64,000 nucleotides of DNA from Takakia lepidozioides (taxonomy: Eukaryota > Plantae > Bryophyta), in the NCBI GenBank assembly GCA_030704615.1, contig CM060731.1, positions 25,172,001-25,236,000 of the forward strand, in the 5' to 3' direction. The number at the start of each line of letters is the position of its first letter. Positions within the stretch are counted from its first letter, which is position 1. Under the pieces are notes generated by a model, which saw nothing but the letters and a program-made list of their open reading frames with translations, was not told the DNA's origin and did not search any database. The position numbers and the translations under genes were made by a program. This document shows positions 41,601-54,009 of the stretch, in pieces.

Positions 41601-44600
41601 TCTGTCATCTCCCACCTTGTCGGGCCAAAGACAACTCAAGCAGGAATAGATGGCTTCCAGATTAACAGGCGGTTACTAATCCTTAAGATCTCACGCGCTT
41701 GTCGACAAGACAAAGCTCATCAGCTCAATATACTGAGAGGTCACATCGCCGTCAGGTCTACGACCAAGATTTGACATCGAAAGCTCAGTAGACATAACAC
41801 CACCACAACCGCACAAGCGACGAAGAACAGCAATCGAACTCCGTTCCGAAACAAGATTTTGATGGTCTTCAACTCCTCTGATGAGTGTACCCAAATGCCC
41901 AGCTGGCAGCCACTAACTTGATCGCTTGATTAGAACACTGGACGCATTCAAAGCAACTATTGACTAGCTTTTGAGTGGTAGAAGTCGTTCTTGCTCGGAC
42001 TCTTATTACTCTTTGACTTGCATTAGTATTTAGACGTACTACTAAATACATAAAGTATTCGCTGGAAAGACATGAAATGCCTGGGCCACGGCCCACAAGA
42101 CCCAAGTACACACGTACATACCCACCACCCTCCCAACAAGAAAGCAGGGCAAGCCCATTATTTTACTTGATCACAAAAACTTTCGGTTCAAGACCAGAAC
42201 ATCTTGCGAGGTCTAATGCCCCCTTCGATTCTCATCCTGCAGTTCGCAATCATCCTCACTTGTCACGTAACCACGTAAAAGTTGGGGAGTAAAAGGGCCC
42301 ACACCACAAGATTCGCCATACGTTTGTCCTGGCACCGCATGTATAGTAACACCATAAGTACACCCACGTCAATTTGGTTTGCAGTCGAAACAAGAAATTA
42401 AACAAATGGTTTCACGTCCTCTCAAGTCACGGAGATCTTGGAGCCTGGAGAAATCAGTGACTTCACCACATCGAACCGCACCAGCACAAACTGTAAGTAT
42501 GTACAAAGAAGCAAAATGATTAAAGGAGAGTGACATTAGCTTTTGAATTGCACCTCAGCATTCCTAATAACCGTGACTGAGCTGATCTTCTGAGCCACAA
42601 GTTGATTTCCATGCCAGCAGCATTGATCAGTCACCAATTAATGTTACGCGAGTGCGATTCTGACATAGAGCTCTTTTGCATTGAGTACATACGCCCCCTT
42701 TGGCCTGCGGTATATACTCGAGTCCAAACACATTATTATCCTAGACTCGAGCACAAAGCAAGCTGTGGGAGCAGTGAGTGCATCGGGAAAAGGTTGTTTG
42801 GTTGCAAATGAAGAGACATTCCTAGTTGTGATTTAGTATAATGGTCCCCTATTCTTAGTACTTTTCCGTGAAGATCTCCTGATCTGATGCTGTCAGTTTG
42901 TCTAGCAATCTACCTATACCGGCAAGTAAGTCTACTGTAGTGTCCTCATTATACTACATCACAAGTGAGCACAGCTTTGGTAGAAATCGGAAAGTGGGGT
43001 TTGCTCACTTTTTGTCAACTGTGGGTTCCATCATTCGCACATGTGCAATTTATTCCCAAGCAGGCCCACGGGCACCCCAACTTCAAGCTGCTCTGGGATG
43101 CTATCATTTTATACGTTCCAAGAAATTTCTCTTGTTGAGTCCCCACTAACCTCTACTGAAGTGGATGCGTGGGTGCACACTGGTAAGTACTACGGATTGC
43201 CCTGAAAACAACACGCGAAATGGATGGCGATCGTCCATCTGTTTTTGGAGGGTCGGCCTGTGAAGTGTGAGCTGTTGATAAATTAGACCTCAACTTTTTA
43301 CAGATACACTGTGGGAAAACTTCAGAGGAGAGTAACTGCGACAAATATCTGCCTGGCACGACCGATAAATCCTATCAAATATCTGTACAAAGTTCAAACA
43401 GGCCATGGCAAGAATAATATTCATCCAGAGAGATGCTGTCCACCTTCATTCTTTGTCTTCACTCTCTCTCCAAGTTCCAACAACAATCAGTTTGATCTGC
43501 AGTGGTAGACTCATTCACTCAAATTTCTCGGTGTGAGCTGCTGTGCAGCGAGCATCAGACGTGGCGGGCTGGGACTCTGGGAGAGCCGTGTAACTTGGCT
43601 GGAATGAAGAAGAAGAAGAAGAGTGACGTGGGCATTCGAGTGAATCCGGGTCGTTGGGAAGTGTACCCCCCTTTGTCACTTTCTCCCGTGATTTCATCCC
43701 ATGTACATACTTACTTTCTTTCCGTGGAATGTTGTAGCCCTGCTCCTATTCATGGCCCCCATGTTGGCCAGAGGGATCTGTTATTTATTTATTTATTTAT
43801 TTTTCCTGGAAAAGGGGAGGAACTTGGAAGCACTTTGGAGCTTTATAGAATTTTATTGAAGGGAAAAAAAATTAAAACCCTTGCGTGTCCGAAGGCTGCC
43901 ATAAGGCCTTGGATGTGTTCGTTGCCGAAACTAATGTCATATGTGCTTTGGAGGGTCTTTGCCGTCGTTGCCAATTTGGAGGTGTTGCGACGGACAAATA
44001 TGCCTCTTGGGACATTGTCGTTTGGGTCTATGTCGTAAACCGGCGATTGAAACGATCTATTGCTCCCAAGGTCTTCATGGATGAGTAGTCCGTGAAAACC
44101 CTCGGCATGGATGCATGTGTACATAGTCCGGAGGGACCATCCTAACCGTCGTCATCACCATCACCAAAGACCGGATCGTACCCTACGTGAGATTGTTAAG
44201 TGGTATTTAAACTTATCTTGAATTGGACTAGCGCGTGACTTCAGTTCAGTCCAGATCTCCGTTTGTCAAAAGCAAACAGCTTTCTCCAGAGTCCAGCTTA
44301 AACTAAATCGCACATGGCGATAAATTTTATATAAAGGATTCGCAAAAGGATGAACTTAGTCCAATTGTGGGGCCAAATTCGAAAAAAATGTTGACTAGGG
44401 TTTGGATGATGCTAATGATAGTAGTAGTTGTTAATCGAGCCGCCGGATGACCAATCTTGATTATTATTGGGCTTGCGGATTGTAGGATATTGGTAAGCAT
44501 ATTGGCAAGCATATTGGCTTGTCTCCAACACCGCGACGACCAACATCTTACGTCAACCGACCCTAATAAAACTGCATTGGACCCTACAACTGACCCTAAT

Positions 44601-45404
44601 ATACGGCATTGGACCCTACGTGCGAATGGACATGGTGGCAGTGTTTTGTTTCTCATTTTTCCAAAGTAGCGAGAGTGGCTACTTGTGATATACCCACCGC
44701 CCCAAGGGGTGAAAAAATGAGCGGGCACCTCTAGAAATGTTGCTCTATGACAGCTGGCAGGTTCTAACAAGTGCACGTAGACAATCATACGGATCTTCTG
44801 GCGACAACCTCTCGTTCATCTCTCCTAGTTTGGCAAAAAAATTGGAAAAAATGCCTTCATTTTCCTTTAGTGAGATAGAAGCCCACTGTGGGAAGCCTCT
44901 ATGATTAAAATGTTATGCAAATGTAAAAGAGCTTTCCGGCAAAAATTAGCCAGCAGAAAAATAATGGTGGGGGACCCGCTTCAGCAGGTGCTTCTTCCCT
45001 TGGGGCTCTTTTATCACGTGACTCTTCCGACCATCGGAAAGCTTTGCAAACATGCGAGAAATGCAAACATGTGCACAAGAAACGACCGACACTTCGAATG
45101 AGCGTGGCCGACACGGAAGCCTGCACACAGTTCGGCAACCAGTGCTAAAATAGATTAGTACCTATCGTCCTAATGAAAGAAAAGTGGAGATTTTGGTTAA
45201 GTTATTGAACTTTTCATCTACAGTATGCTCATGATGTGGAGCTTGCCGTTTGATCGATAATGTAGTACATGCTACCACATTGCTGACCATCATCATCGTT
45301 TCACACGGCGATTAACTAACGGTATAAGCCATCTTATAATGGATGTCACTAGCCGACGTAAACAAAGATCACGGGTCAATCAGACACCTAACTTATGTGT
45401 TGTA

Positions 45405-45500
45405 CATGGAGACTACTGTGTTCTCGGGGAGCTCCAATCGGTGGATTGAACCCAGAACCACTTCCAAGGTGGTATGTGCCCATGACCACTGGGCTACAAC
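45405..45500 (-). other. Degenerate tRNA-like Pol III A/B-box sequence (SINE-head-like)
   Basis: GTAGCCCAGTGG (A box) ... GGGTTCAATCC (B box) with tRNA-like spacing; no full cloverleaf. Confidence 0.45.
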
Positions 45501-48500
45501 TTGGGTGTCATCATTTGATATATTGTGTATGGAACGGGTGAGTTTTTTACTCGAAATTACATCTACAATGTTATGTCTGACGATTCATTTCGATGTCATA
45601 CGGCTATAGAGTGATGTATGGCTATAGGGTCGAACTGAATATTTACCCCCAACCTCCGGGTGCTTGTTTCCTTGGTTGTAGACTACCGTAGTTATAGTGG
45701 GCCCGCCCCCCGAAACCAAGGGGCAATATCTTACACGTAAAAGGCGCTCTTAGTTACGCCCGCTTGCCCTTTCTGTCTCGCCCTTTGACTTCGCGACTTC
45801 TTTCGCCTTTTTGTGGCCATCTTATTTACTATCATTGGCACCTTAACAGAAATTCTTTTCTGCGCATGTGCTGCCTATTCACTGAGTCTAGCATGGATGA
45901 AATAGTATTGAATTCCTTCATCCATGACATCCACGGGACTCAGACAGGCGCAAAAACAGTAAAACTATTGACTGTTGTAAAATCGACCTGCAAAATAGTG
46001 ATGCGCAATCTGGCAGGCACGATTTGAACCCAGGGCCGACCGAGCAGCACTGGGTCCTGAGTCCTGTAATCAACTCCTCCACCGCCAGTTTGCCCATGCT
46101 ATTTATTATTCTATATTTAGGTATTATCGTTTTATATGGCACTGAAATCACACAAGGAACAAATGTGTGCTCATCCCCAAAAATGCTCTCTGCCAACGAC
46201 AAGCATCAACGCCCCCGAAAGCCTACCCGCAGGTGCCACTTCCATACCTACTCCTCTCCTAGGTACCTACCTGTACAGGCGCCCAGGTACCTACATAGCC
46301 ACCTAGACGTGTTTCTACGTACGTCCACCGTATTAGAAACAAGAATATCCGCTCAAAAGCCTCTCGTCCCTCATTAAACAAATCGAACCCCAAAAAGGGG
46401 CCCAGTCCCGCTTTTATTGATGCCCAGCTTTTCAGGGTTTGTCTTTATTGTATATCATGAGTCCATCAACAACAGGTAAATACGGTGCCACCCTGGCATC
46501 TCCGGGGACCGGAACATTCTGTCAGACCTTTCCGCAATCATCACCTTCTCCACGCCAGTTCCAGAGGCCGATTCCGGCCGTGTAGGCCAAGCAGTTTACG
46601 CAGTGTGATGGTGTCCCTTTTGTGGGACACACCAGGGGGAAAACTCAATAAATAAATAAATAAATAAGCAAAAAGAACGGTCGCGAGGCCGCGCCGCCGC
46701 AAGGAGGCAGCGCCGCTTTGTGGTGGCCCAGGGCCAAGCCGCCCTCGAGAAGAATATTGCCTTATACCGGCCGCCACGGTCATCGTGTTGCCACACTCAA
46801 GCCGTGCTATGTGCTACCTGGCTTACCGCGATTAGCAGCTCTGCTTGTTGTACACTATGTGGCCCCGATATACGTACACGTGTTGCACCGGAACCGGTTG
46901 GCCCGGTTTCCGCGCTCCTCGCGGCGCAAATAGCGCGCCGCCGGTATGGCTCTGGGCGGGGTCCACCGGCTTGACCGGTCGGCAGCACCCATCGCAGGGC
47001 TTTCCCGGGTTACCGACCAAGCCGGTGTGGCCCGGGGGTGGGCCCGTGAAATGATATTGGGTTCGCCATTTCATACCCGCCTTTTCACTTACCTTCGGTC
47101 TTACCCCGCGGCCTCACTAACTTACTACCTCCTACTTCTATTATCAACAGCAAAATTTAAACAGAATTTGGTAGAAGGATGAAAAATGTTCAAGGTAGGG
47201 TAAACTCGTCGATCGTTGACGGTATTCATCCATCACAGCGACAGTCGTTGTGGGACGTGCTGACAGAAGCCCATGTAAAGCCGCCATGTCAGCAGGCACA
47301 GCAGTACCTCGATACTGGCAGGCCACAAGTGTCAACTCTCCAGTTGCATTTCTTTATTATATGTTGCCACATGTGCGTACATACGAATCAGTATCTTGGA
47401 ATCGAAATTTGTCCAGCATAGCATGTCTACGTGGACTTGAAGTCAGAAGTCAGAACCTCCGTATGGGCCGCTGTAATTATGCGAGTCCAAAAAAGGAATA
47501 CAGTCGGTCCGGTTAAATTTTATTTTTCGTTCATGGGTAAGACGATGAAAAAGACGATGAACAGTTTTCATCGTAGAGAGCGAGAGGCCGCCAACCGAAG
47601 TTAGTGTACATAAGAGCCTCTTCCCCTCGAGTGTACTGTGACCTTTCATGTGTGGGTTGGATGAAGTTTCATAATCATTGTGCGGATTCATAGTGGTTAG
47701 GGCGGAAGGTCGTCATATTTCGGCACGAGAGGATGATAACAGGTTTCATCTACATATATATGGGGTTTCTCATTCGTATAGAGACGACAAGCATCTCGCC
47801 ATCCATCGACGGAACACCCAACCTGGAAAACTACTGTAGTTAGTTTATGTGTTGCTATTTACGATCAAATCAAAATTTGTACAGATTAGAAATTAGATGT
47901 TTCTTCCCTGATAAATAGAGTAAAATAAATACCTACACCAAACTTAGCAACTTTAGACCTAACTCTATTTTCTAATTATTATACTTTTTGAATTGACGTG
48001 CAGGATGCATCCAATGATCCATCCGACGGATGAAGGGAGGCCATATGGCGTCGAGAAATACCAGGATGGATGAGAAGATGTTTCATTCAGCTGCGACGGT
48101 GTGGAGTATAGCCAGGAGTTTCGCCAGGGCGGAAAGATATTATAGGGAGGGCAGGACAATGGTGGCGAGAGGGAGCTTTGATCCGGGTGGTGTGACCCTG
48201 GGAAGGAGAGGGCGGAGCGAAAGCAAAGGAGGGCACCATAGCCCGAGCTCCACATGCCGGGCAGGCCTAACGCGGGGCCGTCTCTCTCGCACGCTGCCAT
48301 CGTCTTGGTGGCCCGCGACGCTATTGTGTGTGAATTCTGAGAGTCGGCGGGGGTCTGGGGAAAGATTGGCTGATTAGGACGAAGACGACTGGTTTGTACT
48401 GGTCTGGTTTGACTTGTAGGATTTGTTTGGAGTTTTGGAGAGAGCTGCTGTAGTAGGAGCAGGAATTTTGTTTGTAAGGCGTGTGGACGGATGTCCTGAG

Positions 48501-48971
48501 CCGCATGCTGGTGCTTTTGACAGAAGAGAGAGTTTGGATTTCTTGCGGTGATAGGTAGTCGTGGCAGTTCGGGTGTCTGAATGTCTGCCTGGTCCGGTCC
48601 TAGTCTCTGTTCTGAAAGTTTTCTGTCTTTCGAGCCGCAGCATTGAAGGCTTGGCTGTGTTGTAGGCTACCCTACAAGTGGTAGACGAAGGTCGAATTCA
48701 GTGTTTTTGGGAGATTTCTGATTCTAGGTTGGACAATTTCCAACCATCTCCTTCAATTCATGAATGTACGTGACAGATTTGGACTCAGTTAGGGAGGTAA
48801 AGGGACAGAGGAACTTAGGAGGATAATTCCTGGAGAAAAATTACCAGACAAGTCTGACCAACGGGGAGATTCAAGTGCTGATACCAGGTTGGATTGATGG
48901 AATTTGGAGCAGACGGGGAGGACATTTGCATCGTAGGTTTGGCGTGGTAGAGCTGCCTTGCATCGTTCTGA

Positions 48972-51900
48972 ATGTCAGGGGAAAGCGGGCTTCAATTCCA
49001 CGACGCGATTTTCTTCGGGAACGCGTTCCTCGACCACAGCGATGACCTTGATTTTGAGATCAGTTCTTTCAGCGATGATCTTAGTCAGGCAAACGCCCTT
49101 GACGTAAGATTTCTTTGTGTTTTTTTAGCTGTTGGTCTCCTGCCTTTTGTTGACAAATCGCGTCTCCAGATATTCAACATATTCCTGTTTTGAGCACGAA
49201 GTCATCTCAGTGAAAATAACCCTTCCTCCACAGTTTGGGGACTTCGCTGGAGCACAAACAGTTCACAAAATGTTGTGATTTCCCTGCGATGGAGGACTCT
49301 ACTTTTCTATGTTGCATGTTTTCTGGTTGTAATCCATAGCCTTTGAAGCCACCCCGTAGTTCTAGCAGACACGTTATATTGTAGATGAGGCAGAAGCCTA
49401 GCAACGTGGGACGTTCATCGCATGTCTAAGAGTGTGATTGAGTTCTTGACAAGTGAACATCAAGAAGAATTCTGTCCCCTGAGGGTAAAAGCGTTAACTA
49501 TCGTTTATGTTGGCTAGAGTGAAATCTGAGCCTGGTTGTTTAGAGTCTTTGTTTCCTGCAGGGAAGGCAGACACACCAATGAAAGTGAAATTGCTCAGAA
49601 TTTGAAGTCATATTCTGTAAGGAGGTTTTGGTAGCAGTATTATTGATTGTCCAGCCTTCTAAAACTCCAGTGGATATTCTTCTCATACACTGAATCAGAG
49701 TAACTGTGTATGATGAGCAGGATGGTACATTTGACTGCATTTCGGGGGCTGATCTGATATCTGGCTTAGATGAGGGTGATGCATACAAGCTCAGTAATGG
49801 AGATTCATTTACTGAGGCTGTGGAGAGGAAGTGTGCACCTATCCCAGTTACATCGCAAGCAGAGCTATTGGTGCCTGGTGCCCCTTATGCAAATGGAAGT
49901 TCACCCTCTCACTTTACAGATTTCCATAAACCATCATTGGACTTGGAGCAGATGGACACACAGGGGAACGGGCTAGCAGGTCTTACATCGCCAACCAGTC
50001 CTTGCGTGAACCAGAGTGGCTTGATGTCGTCAGCTATGGCTGCATCAGAAAAGTTGAATTGCCTTACACTCGAGACCATGGGCACTGTGCGACCTTCATT
50101 TGGCCCAGCATTGTTTGATGCAAAAGCCAATGTAAGTCGAGGATTTCCACAGGGGGCCTCATTTTCTCCTGCAGGGGTAATGCCCATCAATCCAGGGGGT
50201 AAGCGTTATTTCTCATCTCCAATGATGTCGCCCACAATACAGGCCCCTGTGTCAGGAGCAAATGGAATCTCCCGATTCGGGGCTTCTGGAGCTCAAGACA
50301 TGGCAAGCACAACCATGGGAAGTAATGGAATGCTGCCTCTGGCATCCCCGAACAATGGCAGAGCTAATGTAATGCTGCCACCAGCATCCCCAAATAATTG
50401 CACTTCAGCTATTTTGTCACCTAGCTCTGTTGATATGAAAGAGTCAGCAGATGGGATGCTTGGAGTAGAGAACAGGCTAAAAACAAGAAAGCAGAATGTT
50501 TTTCTACCTATGCATCAGGGAGTAGGCATGTTGCCTCGAGGGGGTGGCCCAGACAACACCAATTTTGTTTCCCAGGTACTGTTCTGAGTTTGTACATCTT
50601 GCTTCTGTCCTGGGCTTGAAGTTCGTTGAAGCCTGTGAGTTGTTAGTGCTTTTCTTCAGGCTTAAATGGTGGGGTGTATTGAAGGAGATGAGCATCCATG
50701 GAATTGATCCACATGCACCCAAATGTGCGTATCAATAGGATTAGCCATGCCTTTTATTGGAGGGGATAGTTAGATATTTCTTGTCTGTGGTTTTGTGAAA
50801 TTCATTTTGGATTAAAGAAGCCAATTTTGACACACAGATCGACGGAGACGGTGACAGATTACAGCCTCTCCCATCAATGATGAGGCCACCAATGCAGCGA
50901 AGCTTCAGTAGCCATGCCTTAGGGCAGTTTCGGCAACTCGCACCAGCACCACCCTCGAGCGACGCCTCCCAGTTCAGCTCACGTGGCTCACAATTGGATT
51001 CCTCTGGACGGCTCAGTAGTCCAAGCTCTCATATGCAGCCACAGCTGTCAGACCTGCAAGGCATCGGCATGCGGCCTGTCATGCCTTCCATGCGCCGCGT
51101 ACACAGTGCTGGAGATATTCAGGTTTTTTGCTCTTGTGTGCGATTTGCTTCAATTACCTCTTGTCAGACGTGTATGACAGAGGTTTCATAGTAAGCAGAA
51201 AGTGGTTGAAATCTACTTGAAGGTGCAGATAAGTCTGATATCCATAGATGGAAGGGTCACAGATCCTCAGATACATTTCCCTTGTGCTGTCACATGTAAT
51301 GTCAACCTTCCCAGACTGAGTAATTATCTGCTTTTGCTGCTGGAATGGGTTCTCATCATTTACTCGTGCATATTCATCCTCCCATCACTAGCCCACCTCC
51401 TCTTGACTCCTGCGGTAAGCCCACAGGAGGTAACCGTAAGCAGGCTGAAGAAGAGCACTCCCTGTCAGCCTGGCCCTCTCAGTATCTCTTAAGGGGTTTA
51501 CTGGATGGTCCTTGGGACTTCACATGGCTCTGCTACACTGCTTCCGCCAGCAGGGAAACCCTGGGAGAAACCGGCCAAGAACATATGTGGTTAGTGGTGA
51601 GGTTGCATAGCAAGAAACTGGGTTAATTTTAATCTGCAGAATGGTCAGCAGAAGATCAATTTGTTCCGTTGTTGTCGTCTGAACATAATCGTTTTGGTGT
51701 GCTCGACAATACCTGTGCTGATTTCCTCGAAGAATATTGTGGTGGTTGTGGACACAGATTTTACAGTGGATATGTGACTTTAAACTGTGGTTAAATGAAA
51801 TGTTATAGCCTGTGGCCTAGGGTAGCTCATTGCAGTTGTATGGTAGTCGCAAGCGTGAATCTGGATCAAGTTTTACAACTGACCTTGTCCATGTGGAAGA

Positions 51901-54009
51901 CTGCTGGTTCATAACAAACAATGGATCGTGGTAGAAATTTGCGAACTTCAAAACCATATGAGAGGTTTTTACCTGTGTAATGCCACCAAATACACTATTT
52001 ATGCCAGTCACAATGTAGTGCATATCGCCCAGAGAGTCTTATGTGTTGACTCTGGAGAGACAGAGCTAGAGCTGGGCATGATGTGAAATGAGTGAACTAA
52101 AACTTGGGTTTTTTGTGCAGACTTTGAATGGGATGCAGAATGGGATGCATCTAGGGCTGGGTGGAGGAACCCCTCCGCCTAGTTACGAAGAAGGCTGCTA
52201 CAGGGTTGGCAAGTACAGCATGGAGGAGCGCAAGCTCAGGATAAACAGATATCAGCAAAAGCGCAGCCAACGGAACTTCAATAAGAAAATCAAGGTTGGT
52301 TTGCTCATAGTTTTTACTCACCCTTTGTGGGAATTGGCTTTCTCTAAGCTCCTCACATTTAAGAACTAGCTTTAAGTCGGGCCGGAAGTATATATTGTAG
52401 TGACAGTTCTTGCCAGGGATTCATTTGATTCACTGGAACTTGCAAAGGCTCTTCTAGCACAGGTGAGGGCAACCTACTGAAGAAAGTCAGCAGCATTGGT
52501 TTTTGTTATTCTGATGACAATGTTTGAGTTGTACTAACATTCAAATAACTAGACATTGAAGGTGTTCTTGCTGGCGTGTAACATGGCATGGATTATAATT
52601 TCTGTGCTGGAGAAACCAGGGCGTATGGAAAGTTTTAGTGGATTAACAGGAAGGACCTTTTCAACCAACCACTAGAGTTCTTGCGGAGGAAGTGTGTTGC
52701 ATTATAGCTTTTGTTCCAGATGTTGTACAGGCACCTCCTTGGTAAGTTGGCACATACCCACTGTGTTTGCAATCAACTTTTCAAAAGAACAAAGGCCAGG
52801 GAGCTGGTTATAAGTTTAACATGCACACCGAGATTCGGTTAGTGACTTACATGCCAGGCTTGCAAAACTGAGATATGTGTCCGACACATTGTCTCTGTGC
52901 AGTATGCATGCCGTAAGACACTGGCAGACAGTCGTCCACGTGTCCGAGGGCGATTTGCAAAAAACGATGAGGTAGACCTGCCACCCAGTACGAACGGGCG
53001 AAAGCATGAGGACGAGGACGAGGATGAGGTAGGGATAGAGTTCATTGGTCGTAATATTTTCCCCAGGTTGTTTTCTCCCCTACACTAATTCATGTTAGCC
53101 CTCTCCTGCCCCAAACTGTCTGAGTTGGTTTTGTGTGGATTTATTGGATATTATGACATGTCATGTTTCGACCACAACAAGTGGATGCTTATGACTGAGA
53201 TAGTATGTACCGTTATCATTTTGGACATATAACCTAGTCAATGTCACGACCAGGTAAAGTCTTTGTCACAGACATACAGTCATAGGTTGCTAGGCATGGT
53301 TCTCACCTTCCTGATTGCTTCTCCCCTCTTTCCACATTAGGTGTCCTTATTATTTTTTTGCATTATGACTTTCACAATTGAACTTTGTCCACGTTGCAGT
53401 ACCTGATACACACTTAGCATATGAGGTTCTGAGACCTCCTTGTGGAACTTACAGTGCAGACTACTCATCCTGGCAGATGGTGAGATTTGTTAAAGCCATA
53501 TTAATTAGCCACATTCAGCTGAAGAACAGCTTCTGTCTTTAACCTGATGTCATTGATGTTCTAATGGGACTCGAGGCCTGTGGTATGATGGCCTCTCATG
53601 GAGAAGATGGGGAAATTTAAATTGCGAACATCCTGCAGCCATGCGTTGTGCCACTCAATGGTTTCTGTGAGATCATTGCTTGCGCTGCTGGAGCCATTTG
53701 TCACCTTTCGTAGTGTAAACTTGCTTACTGGGCAAGGTGGATGTTTACCGTCGTGCTGACAGCATTGACAATCTGGACATACTGATCAACAATAGTTTGA
53801 ACTGTCGGCTCAGTTTTCTCCAGCGGACGTTCAGCTTCGGTAATAAATGCAACTGACTTCTCATGGCTGGCTGGCTGGTTGGACAGGGGGATATACCAGT
53901 GGGAGAAGAGGAGGATGAGTTTTTAATTGATGAGGACTCATCTGGAGACTTCTCAGATATGTTGGGCTCATCAGTCAAGCTTGAGAAAACATCAAGACGC
54001 AGTCTCTAG
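48972..54009 (+). CDS. CCT-motif family (CMF, no B-box) transcriptional regulator; exons ~48972-49103, ~49700-50575, 50838-51122, 52121-52294, 52903-53028, 53887-54009 (first junction unresolved)
   Basis: RVGKYSMEERKLRINRYQQKRSQRNFNKKIK|YACRKTLADSRPRVRGRFAKN (CCT domain); upstream MQRSFSSH and MRRVHSAGDIQ motifs; acidic tail. Confidence 0.9.

Noticed and set aside
43502-44788. ORFs of 93-178 aa on both strands
   Set aside because: They run through simple repeats and short duplications and match no family I recognise.
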